Assembly (NCBI GenBank): GCA_964413365.1
Contig: CAYPRM010000003.1
Span: forward strand, 857 to 64,856
Length of the DNA: 64,000 bases
Reading direction: 5' to 3'
Origin: an uncultured Lachnospiraceae bacterium
GTDB taxonomy: Bacteria > Bacillota > Clostridia > Oscillospirales > CAG-272
Part shown: one piece after another, positions 8,772 to 16,353 of the stretch
Position numbering within the stretch: position 1 is the first letter of the stretch
How the letters are laid out: every line of letters starts with the position of its first letter
Made by a program: the position numbers and the translations under genes
The notes under the pieces: model-generated
Seen by the model: only the letters and a program-made list of their open reading frames with translations
Database searches by the model: none
Told to the model about the DNA's origin: nothing

Positions 8772-10436
8772 TTACTTATTTACGATATCAACAAGCTGGT
8801 CGTACTCCTCAAGGCTCGTAATGCCCTCAAGCACGCGCTCGCGTGTATGCGTAAGAACGGTAGTCATATCTCTTTCAACTATCGCCGCTACCTTTTCAGA
8901 GGTAAAGCTATCGGACATAATGATCTCCTTGATCTCATCGGTCAAGACCATTATCTCAAATACGCCTATACGTCCGAGGTATCCCGTGTTATTGCAATAC
9001 GGGCAACCGTGGGGCGCATATATCTCCATCGGCTCGTCGATATGAAGGATAGCCATTTCCTGCTGATCGGTTATCTTGGCAACCTTGCACTTCGGGCAGA
9101 GCTTACGCACAAGTCGCTGAGATATTGCACCGAGAAGCGAGTCCGCAACAAGGTATTTGGGAATTCCCATATTTATAAGTCTTGTTATAACTCCTGCGGC
9201 GTCGTTGGTGTGTATTGACGAGAGGACAAGGTGTCCTGTAATAGCGGCTCTCGTCGCTATCTGCGCCGTCTCCTCGTCACGTATCTCTCCGACCATTATG
9301 ATATTGGGGTCCTGACGCAGGAAGCTACGCAGTGCGGCAGCAAACGTAAGGTTAGCCTTAGTATTCACCTGCACCTGATTTACGCCCGTTATCTCGTTCT
9401 CAACGGGATCCTCGACGGTCATAATATTCGTATCATCCTTAGCGAGGTATCGCAGGAAGGTATAAAGCGTGGTCGACTTACCGCTTCCCGTAGGCCCTGT
9501 TAGTAGGATTATTCCGTGGGGACGGGTGATCATGCTCATTACGAGATCCTTCTGAAGATCGGAAAATCCGAGTGAGGATATATCGCTCGAGCTGAAGGAG
9601 CGGCTATAAATACGGATAACGATCTTCTCGCCGTGTATCGTCGGGATCGTGGAGACACGGAAGTCATACGTGCTGCCGTCGATCTCACGGCTGATCTTAC
9701 CGTCCTGAGGCACACGCCTCTCCGCAATATTGAGCTCCGCCATGATCTTATATCTCGCAAGTATTGCGGGATATCTCCTTGCGTCGTAGCGGTCTATCAT
9801 CTGAAGCTTTCCGTCGACACGGAAGCGTACAAAGACCTCCTTAGCAAAGGGCTCGATATGAATATCGCTCGCTCCCCTGCTGATCGCGTCAAAGAGTATG
9901 GTATCGCAGACCTTGATAACGGGTGCGTCATCACCTGCATTGATATCCACGTCGGTCTTATCGACGTCACTCTTTATATACTCATCCATGGCTTCGTCCT
10001 GCTGGATCTTATTATTGACGTAGTCAAGGATTTTCTTCATCTGCGTGGGGGGGCAGACGATGAATTCAAGCCTCTTGCCGCCGTAGACCAAAAGCTCGCG
10101 GAATTCCTCTATTCTAAAGGGGTTTGAACCGAGGATCGTCAGTGTATCATTTACAAGACTAAACGGCACGCCCTGATATTCAAGGAGAAGCTCACGGGGA
10201 TACTTCTTTACAAACTCAAGGTCGATCTCTGCAAGCTGGAAGAACCTATATTCATATCCAAGGTAGTCCGCAAGGATATGATACATGGTCTCCTCGTCAA
10301 ATTTGGAGTCCCTTATGAGCTCCGCATAAACGAGAGTTTCCGCAGAGTCCGCTCTTTCGCAATATTCATCAGCTACGCTCTGAGATATCAGGTCGTTTTC
10401 TGCGAGATATTGAGTAAACAGTTTATTAAATATCAT
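8772..10436 (-). CDS. pilB: type IV pilus / type II secretion assembly ATPase (GspE/PilB family)
   Basis: 554 aa. Walker A GPTGSGKST, Asp/His boxes (MVGEIRD, GHLVLSSIHT), and a C-terminal tetracysteine CPKC...CPYC. Confidence 0.92.
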   Translation of the reverse strand: MIFNKLFTQYLAENDLISQSVADEYCERADSAETLVYAELIRDSKFDEETMYHILADYLGYEYRFFQLAEIDLEFVKKYPRELLLEYQGVPFSLVNDTLTILGSNPFRIEEFRELLVYGGKRLEFIVCPPTQMKKILDYVNNKIQQDEAMDEYIKSDVDKTDVDINAGDDAPVIKVCDTILFDAISRGASDIHIEPFAKEVFVRFRVDGKLQMIDRYDARRYPAILARYKIMAELNIAERRVPQDGKISREIDGSTYDFRVSTIPTIHGEKIVIRIYSRSFSSSDISSLGFSDLQKDLVMSMITRPHGIILLTGPTGSGKSTTLYTFLRYLAKDDTNIMTVEDPVENEITGVNQVQVNTKANLTFAAALRSFLRQDPNIIMVGEIRDEETAQIATRAAITGHLVLSSIHTNDAAGVITRLINMGIPKYLVADSLLGAISQRLVRKLCPKCKVAKITDQQEMAILHIDEPMEIYAPHGCPYCNNTGYLGRIGVFEIMVLTDEIKEIIMSDSFTSEKVAAIVERDMTTVLTHTRERVLEGITSLEEYDQLVDIVNK

Positions 10437-10447
10437 ATCAGTTCTCC

Positions 10448-11653
10448 TTATACGGCGTTCATCATGGACATCATAGGAACAAGGACGGACAGTATTACGA
10501 GCATTACGACGCCTCCGAGAAGGACAATCGCCATGGGCTCAATAGCGGCTACCGCTTTTGCGATACTCGATTCGACCTGCTCGTCAAAGTAGTCGCTCGT
10601 TGACTCGAGGACCTCCTCAATATTTCCACTCTTTTCGCCGACATCTATCATCTGCGTAAGCATCGGTGGGAAAAGCCTTGTCGCCTCAATGGAGGCTGCT
10701 ATTCTCTTTCCGCGCTTTACCTCCTCAATGGTATAGTCAAACCTTCTCGTAAAGACCTCGTTGCCGAGCATCTTCTTCAGATTTTCAAGAACATCTATCA
10801 TATTCATACCGCTTCCGAGCAGTATGATGAATGCTCTTGAGAAGCGCGAGGTTATGAGGTTTCTCTGAACCGTAGAAAGTATCGGGATATGGAGCATGAG
10901 CACGTCCTTGACATACTTACCCTTATCAGTTCTGAAGAACATTACTATCAGGAACACGACGAGCACGGTGGCAGGCAGGAGAATGAAGAAATATTCCTGT
11001 AGCCAATTTGAAACGCCCATTACTATCCTCGTGATCTCGGGGACCTCACCGCCGAGCTCATTTATCGTGGACTCGAACTGCGGCAGGATGAAGAGACAGA
11101 GGAAGATAACGACGACGATGACCATACATACGAGCAGCATGGGATATACCATTGAGCTCGACGCTTTTTTCTTGATCTTACGGTCATTTTCGTAATAATC
11201 CGCCATATTTGTAAGCACCTTATCAAGCGAGCCCGAGGCCTCTCCGATAGCAACCATGCTGACGAAGAATTTTGTGAACACCTTCGGGTGCTTTGCAAAT
11301 GCATCCGAGAGGCTTATACCTGCCTCGACGTCGTTGTGTATCTCCTTCAGAACGTTTCTGAAGGGTACGCTGAATTTTTGGCGCTGAAGGTTATTGAGCG
11401 AATCTCCGATCGGTATTCCTGCCTTCAGCATTACGGAAAACTGACGGAAAAAGGTTATTACCTCTGTGAATTTGATCTTACTGCTGACAGCGAAAAATTC
11501 ATTCTCCTTCTCGTCCCTTATAAGGGAGTAGCTGAGCATGTGTATCTGATTCTGACGAGCCTCCGCCTTAAGGCTGATCTCATCGCTCGCCTGCCTTATA
11601 ACGGTCTGGCGCTGTCCCGAGGAGTTGATAACTTTACACTTGTAGTACGGCAT
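10448..11653 (-). CDS. pilC: type IV pilus platform protein (GspF/PilC family)
   Basis: About 401 aa with a duplicated T2SSF domain and 3 TM helices. The preferred start ATG at 11653 overlaps the pilD stop (TAATG) and follows gggagg. The track start at 11671 is also possible. Confidence 0.9.
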   Translation of the reverse strand: MPYYKCKVINSSGQRQTVIRQASDEISLKAEARQNQIHMLSYSLIRDEKENEFFAVSSKIKFTEVITFFRQFSVMLKAGIPIGDSLNNLQRQKFSVPFRNVLKEIHNDVEAGISLSDAFAKHPKVFTKFFVSMVAIGEASGSLDKVLTNMADYYENDRKIKKKASSSMVYPMLLVCMVIVVVIFLCLFILPQFESTINELGGEVPEITRIVMGVSNWLQEYFFILLPATVLVVFLIVMFFRTDKGKYVKDVLMLHIPILSTVQRNLITSRFSRAFIILLGSGMNMIDVLENLKKMLGNEVFTRRFDYTIEEVKRGKRIAASIEATRLFPPMLTQMIDVGEKSGNIEEVLESTSDYFDEQVESSIAKAVAAIEPMAIVLLGGVVMLVILSVLVPMMSMMNAV

Positions 11654-12456
11654 TAAAGCAATACCTCCCAATAAAATTTCATAAACGCCTCGCCGTATAT
11701 AGCCATAGTACCTATTCCGAGCAGGAGATACGGCCCGAAGGCTATCTCCGCATCGCGTCCCGACCTTGAAGCTCTTATCTTGATAACCTCAATGACAGAG
11801 CCGAGGAGAGTTGCAATAAGTATGGCAATAAGTAGCGGCATAGCGCCTATCATAAAGCCCCCGATACCCACGAGATAGACATCTCCCGAGCCGAGTGCAT
11901 CCTTTTTAAGTACAATTTTTGCTACGAGCTTGACCGCTCCGAAGAAGCCGAAGCCGAGCAATGCGCCGAATATATGATCCGAGATCGCAGCGTCAAATAC
12001 GAAAACGCGGTAAAGTGCAACAAATATCGCCAAGATTGCAAACAGGATCAATGTTACGTTATATATCTCGTGCGTCTCGTGGTCGATGCCTGCCATTACG
12101 ATAAAGAGGAACGTAAGGAGCATGAGCGCGACAAAGATCGGCAGAGTCTCAAAGGACGAGCCGTATTGCAGAAAGGCGCACATATATCCAAGTCCGCCGA
12201 ATATTTCTGTAAGGAGTGAGAAGACGCCGATGCTCGCTTTGCAGTAGCGGCACTTCCCTCCGAGTATGATCCACGAGAGGATCGGAATATTATCATACGC
12301 CTTTATGGGGTGCTTGCACTCGGGGCAATAGGAATCGGGCTTGACTATCGAGAGCCCCTTGGGCACGCGATAGGCTATGACTCCGCCAAAGCTTGCGAAT
12401 ACCGCACCAAATATAAAGGAAAACACGGAAAGCATTATTTTCATTTCTGTTAGCAT
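11653..12456 (-). CDS. pilD: prepilin peptidase (A24 aspartic protease)
   Basis: 267 aa. N-terminal zinc motif CPEC...CRYC, catalytic Asp motifs GSGDVYL and AFGPYLL, multi-TM. Confidence 0.9.
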   Translation of the reverse strand: MLTEMKIMLSVFSFIFGAVFASFGGVIAYRVPKGLSIVKPDSYCPECKHPIKAYDNIPILSWIILGGKCRYCKASIGVFSLLTEIFGGLGYMCAFLQYGSSFETLPIFVALMLLTFLFIVMAGIDHETHEIYNVTLILFAILAIFVALYRVFVFDAAISDHIFGALLGFGFFGAVKLVAKIVLKKDALGSGDVYLVGIGGFMIGAMPLLIAILIATLLGSVIEVIKIRASRSGRDAEIAFGPYLLLGIGTMAIYGEAFMKFYWEVLL

Positions 12457-12698
12457 ATTTCCTCCAAATGGAATAAATACTCATCGGCATTGCTCGTATT
12501 GGACTTTGAAGGGAAGCCGGGCTTGTTATCTCTATAACCCTTTTCTTCCGTCCCGTTGAGCCCCTGCGCATTCTCCATCGAGTGTATCATATAGCGAGTT
12601 ATTATCGTAAAGGTCGAAACTGCGGTCAACGTCATGACGACACAGAGTATCATAACGATCGCAAGAATATAGCCCTTTTGCTTGTTATTTTTCTTCAT
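12450..12698 (-). CDS. small N-terminally anchored pilus-operon protein (PilX/ComGG-like)
   Basis: 82 aa with a single N-terminal hydrophobic helix (GYILAIVMILCVVMTLTAV). It overlaps the pilD start by 7 nt. The assignment is positional only. Confidence 0.45.
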   Translation of the reverse strand: MKKNNKQKGYILAIVMILCVVMTLTAVSTFTIITRYMIHSMENAQGLNGTEEKGYRDNKPGFPSKSNTSNADEYLFHLEEIC

Positions 12699-12704
12699 TT
12701 GCTA

Positions 12705-13151
12705 TTACCCTCCTGTGGATGTGTACTCTGGAGATGTTCCGCAATTAAGATCTTTAATATATACCCTATCTTTAGCACTCGTCTCTACCGATTTAATGAT
12801 CAATTCATCATTTTTATTAATACAGTATATTACTCTATATGTGTAATTTGAGCTTCCTGAGGCAGGCTTGAATTCTGTATTCAAAAATATATGATAATCT
12901 TCACCATCTTTTTTAACACCCTCGCCTACTTCGTTACTTGCAAGATATTTTGTAGCCCAATCCTCTCCATACGCATCCCAATAATAGTTGATATCGTAGC
13001 AGACCATTTCGAGCCTGACATATTGCTCCTGACGGCGTGAGAGGTTTCTCATGCCTATATAGGTGGAGGTCAGCGCAAGCATTATCACCGCAAAGACGGC
13101 GACGGACACGAGGACCTCGACCAGAGTAAGTCCTTTTTTGGTTTTTTTCAT
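12705..13151 (-). CDS. minor pilin with prepilin-type N-terminal cleavage/methylation motif
   Basis: Leader MKKTKKG|LTLVEVLVSVAVF, with Gly at -1 and Glu at +5. The start was moved to the ATG at 13151 after aaggtg. The track start at 13196 adds 15 aa. Confidence 0.8.
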   Translation of the reverse strand: MKKTKKGLTLVEVLVSVAVFAVIMLALTSTYIGMRNLSRRQEQYVRLEMVCYDINYYWDAYGEDWATKYLASNEVGEGVKKDGEDYHIFLNTEFKPASGSSNYTYRVIYCINKNDELIIKSVETSAKDRVYIKDLNCGTSPEYTSTGG

Positions 13152-13220
13152 ATTCACCTTGACCTTATTCCTTCGCTTGTGCAAAGCTCCTTTCAATAGA
13201 TTTTCGACCTGCTTGACGCC

Positions 13221-14438
13221 TTACGCCTTCGGGACGAGTCCACGGTCGGTGGCGAGATCAGCAATGATCTCAAATGCGCCCTCATAGCGGAACTTGGTCG
13301 CTATTCTGTAAAGGCAGGGCGTATCCTCGAAGCCGTGGCGCTTCGTGAGCGCGCAGGGGTAACGGGAATCGACGTATTTATGGGGATCGGTAGCGAGATA
13401 GAGCATAACTCTTGAATTACGTATATCCATTCTCGCGTAGACCTCGGAATTGATGTGGAACACGGCGCACTGCTCGGAGATCTTGCACTTCATACCCGTA
13501 TAACCGAGAAGCACCTTGGATATAGCGTCATATCTCGTGCGGAGCAAGCCGTTTGCATCACCGTATCTCTTGGAGAAATTGGTGTCATCGTTGTCGTAAT
13601 TCTCCCAATCGACCTCAAGCTCATCATTCTTGTGCTGTACGGTCTCGCTCATAGCCTGCTTTGTCGTGTCGGGCTTGAGATCGACCACGGGCTCGGCTTC
13701 TCCAAGCTTGGTAAGACCGAGACGAAGATCCACGGGATCATCCGCACTTATTCCGTAGTGCGTTATCCTCTGGCGGTCAAACTCGAACTCGTGCTTCGAC
13801 GCTACGAGCAGAAATTTATTCATAATATCCCTATTGGATTCAAATTCAAAATCATAGCTTGTAATAAGATTTCCCCCCGACGAAAGGATCATAGTGCAGA
13901 CCTTGCGTCTTATGTGGAAGAAAACATAGTTTTCCTTGTGATCAAGCGTCTCGCAGAGGTACATACCGAATGGCTTTACACTCGATATCTCCGTGCCGAG
14001 CAGCTTTGCGATCGCAAGGAAGGTATCCACTATCGCCTTGGGCATAAAGTACGTGTTGTAGGTATAGCCAACCTCACGCTTGTAGGAATTAAATTCCGTA
14101 TAGAAATTGTCGTTATCCTTGTTCTTCATCTCCTTTTTATAGAGATTGTTTGCGTAGAACGAGAATTTTGCCGGGATAGAAATGCTGTTTCTGTACACTC
14201 CCTCGCATCTGAGAAGGAGGACTATCGAGGGCATAAAGAGGATCCCGAGAGGCTCAAGCTCATGCTTGATCCTATCGGCGATGGGTTCAACCTTGATAAA
14301 CGCCCCATCCTTTGTCGGATAATCCTCAAGCTCTATCATTATTTCCTTAGCCTCGGCTTTTTTCTTCGACGGGAAGAATATACGCAGATATCCACCGTCA
14401 AAATTGCAATATTCAAAAATACATTGATTCTGAGCCAT
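13221..14438 (-). CDS. hypothetical pilus-operon protein (405 aa) occupying the slot usually held by PilM
   Basis: Intact ORF with no signal peptide or TM segment visible, tightly packed between pilin genes. I recognised no motif with confidence. Confidence 0.5.
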   Translation of the reverse strand: MAQNQCIFEYCNFDGGYLRIFFPSKKKAEAKEIMIELEDYPTKDGAFIKVEPIADRIKHELEPLGILFMPSIVLLLRCEGVYRNSISIPAKFSFYANNLYKKEMKNKDNDNFYTEFNSYKREVGYTYNTYFMPKAIVDTFLAIAKLLGTEISSVKPFGMYLCETLDHKENYVFFHIRRKVCTMILSSGGNLITSYDFEFESNRDIMNKFLLVASKHEFEFDRQRITHYGISADDPVDLRLGLTKLGEAEPVVDLKPDTTKQAMSETVQHKNDELEVDWENYDNDDTNFSKRYGDANGLLRTRYDAISKVLLGYTGMKCKISEQCAVFHINSEVYARMDIRNSRVMLYLATDPHKYVDSRYPCALTKRHGFEDTPCLYRIATKFRYEGAFEIIADLATDRGLVPKA

Positions 14439-14458
14439 TAATTATTTCCTCCACTTGG

Positions 14459-14911
14459 CTATGGGGTGGTTGTTGTAGTTACGTACAGCCCCAAAATAAA
14501 ATCATAGATTGTGTTATTATCATATATTAATTCACAGCGAACAAATGTAACCTTGCGACCTGTTTCTTCGTTTGTTTCTGTTTTTTCATATATTCTAAAA
14601 CCATCCAAACCCGTGTCCTTGAACTCGGTATTACCTACGGTAAGAGTTTTTGTATTGCGAACAAAGTTCACATCAGTGGTATTGTCCTTGAATTTTTCAA
14701 TATAGGTTTTGTCATTTTTCTTGGAATCTAACAAGCTACGCAAAGCCATCTCTATCGACTGCGTTTGCGTGAGCTGCTCGGACTTGTCTATCAGGTTACC
14801 CGACGAAGTTCCTACGAACACGAACGCCGTGCCTATCATAGTCATAATGAGCGTGGTCAATGCGATAACGACCAGCACCTCTGTAAGCGTAAAGCCGCGT
14901 TTTTTTGACAT
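14459..14911 (-). CDS. minor pilin with prepilin-type N-terminal motif
   Basis: Leader MSKKRG|FTLTEVLVVIALTTL, with Gly at -1, Phe at +1 and Glu at +5. Confidence 0.85.
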   Translation of the reverse strand: MSKKRGFTLTEVLVVIALTTLIMTMIGTAFVFVGTSSGNLIDKSEQLTQTQSIEMALRSLLDSKKNDKTYIEKFKDNTTDVNFVRNTKTLTVGNTEFKDTGLDGFRIYEKTETNEETGRKVTFVRCELIYDNNTIYDFILGLYVTTTTTP

Positions 14912-15007
14912 AGGTCTGTCTCCTTTCTTTTGATTTTGGAGCTTGCATTAAAATGGCGAGGAGATGACGCTGTCATCACCTCGCCGTGATTTTACTTTGC
15001 TATGTAA

Positions 15008-15448
15008 TTATTTGTTGGAAAAGAATGTGTAAGTACCACCGTTCTTTGTGTTTGTATAAATGATCTTACCATCCTTAAGTTGGAATGCTCCAGCAGGGGT
15101 ATCAGATCCCAAAATAGCACTGTCAAGAGTGATTGAATCAACAGTCTTATTAGCGTCCGTAAGATCTATATAATCCGTACCAGACTTGGTTTTAATAACG
15201 ATACCATCAGTACCTTCAACAGCATAGTATTCAGTAGTGCCGTTGGCGAAAACTTTGCAGTAACCATTGAAAGAGATCTCATACTTGATCATCGACTCAT
15301 AGGGCTGAGCCTCCTGCATAGCAACAGAATTGTTAGCCTTGTCGATATAAGCTGTGTAACCAACTACGGATACGGTTGCGAGAATTGCAAGTATAGCAAT
15401 AACTACGAGCAATTCGACGAGCGTAAAGCCCTTTTGTGTGTGTTTCAT
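15008..15448 (-). CDS. pilA: major type IV pilin
   Basis: Leader MKHTQKG|FTLVELLVVIAILAILA. It is the first gene after a strong promoter. The track start at 15454 is a TTG, and the ATG at 15448 is preferred. Confidence 0.88.
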   Translation of the reverse strand: MKHTQKGFTLVELLVVIAILAILATVSVVGYTAYIDKANNSVAMQEAQPYESMIKYEISFNGYCKVFANGTTEYYAVEGTDGIVIKTKSGTDYIDLTDANKTVDSITLDSAILGSDTPAGAFQLKDGKIIYTNTKNGGTYTFFSNK

Positions 15449-15599
15449 TTTCAATTTTCTCCTTTTGAATAAAAAATTTATATAAGACCGTCGTTACGCA
15501 CCAACGGCATTATATCTATCACCCTTCCACGCTTACGCATCGCGAGGAATGGACACGGCAAACTCATTACGCATCTGAATTTCGCCGATTTACGAGGGT

Positions 15600-15628
15600 A
15601 TTATACCACTTTTACACACAAATGTCAA
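15600..15628 (-). promoter_or_regulatory. consensus sigma-70 promoter of the pilus operon
   Basis: On the minus strand: TTGACA (15628-15623), exactly 17 nt, then TATAAT (15605-15600). This predicts a leader of about 139 nt. Confidence 0.75.
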
Positions 15629-15926
15629 TAGTTTTTTCGCTTTTTATGCCCCAAGGGCGGTTTTGTGAGCGTCAAATGCCGAAAAAATAGCTCTTATATT
15701 ACATATTTTTACATACGCGATCCCACAAGCCCTCTTAAAGCCTTGATTTTTTCGGGGTTCGTTTTTTTGACCGATTTTTCGGACTTGATAAATTTTTTCA
15801 AATATTTTTGCAAAATACGCTCCATTTTGCGAAATTTTTGAGATTTTTTATATTTTTCTTCCCTCTCCCACCGCTATATCAAGACCTCGGGGCGGCCAAA
15901 ATATAGCCACCCCGTGATGTCAGGTC

Positions 15927-16334
15927 TTAAGTCTTTTTATCAAATTTTTCTCCGCACTTTACGCAGGTGAGGGTTATCTTACCCCTGCCCCGTGGCACTC
16001 TGAGCCACGTTTTGCACTTCGGGCAACGGTAAAATTTATGTGTTTTTCTCTGCTGCCATCTCGTCCTTGTCATTTTGACCGCTCCGAGATATCTCTTGTT
16101 CTCGTTCACTCTCTTATAGATGTTCTTTGAGAGTATTCTGAAAAAGGTATATACCATAAGTGCGGTGCATATACACCAGAAGACGAGCTTTACTATTCCG
16201 CTCGGGCAGAAGCCGTAGATAAGAAACGTTATTATATACGCTATGAATGAGAGCTTCGCGAGGTCGTCAAAGCCGTTTCTTCCGTAGAAGAAGCTGCGGA
16301 GCTTCCCCATCATGCGTGAGAAGAAATTACGCAT
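15927..16334 (-). CDS. membrane protein with C-terminal zinc-ribbon
   Basis: 135 aa with two TM helices, then CPKC...CVKC. It starts 19 nt downstream of the ABC gene and is probably co-transcribed. Confidence 0.6.
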   Translation of the reverse strand: MRNFFSRMMGKLRSFFYGRNGFDDLAKLSFIAYIITFLIYGFCPSGIVKLVFWCICTALMVYTFFRILSKNIYKRVNENKRYLGAVKMTRTRWQQRKTHKFYRCPKCKTWLRVPRGRGKITLTCVKCGEKFDKKT

Positions 16335-16353
16335 TACTATACCCCCAAGAAAA

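Noticed and set aside
15455-15600. A c-di-GMP riboswitch upstream of pilA, by analogy with Clostridioides difficile pilA1.
   Set aside because: I could not find the conserved GEMM-I or GEMM-II cores in the sense orientation. There is no GGCAAACC...GACGCAAAGC arrangement with intervening GNRA hairpin. A GGCAAAC string occurs only on the antisense strand and lacks the surrounding helices. The leader is reported instead as an unclassified triple-hairpin element.
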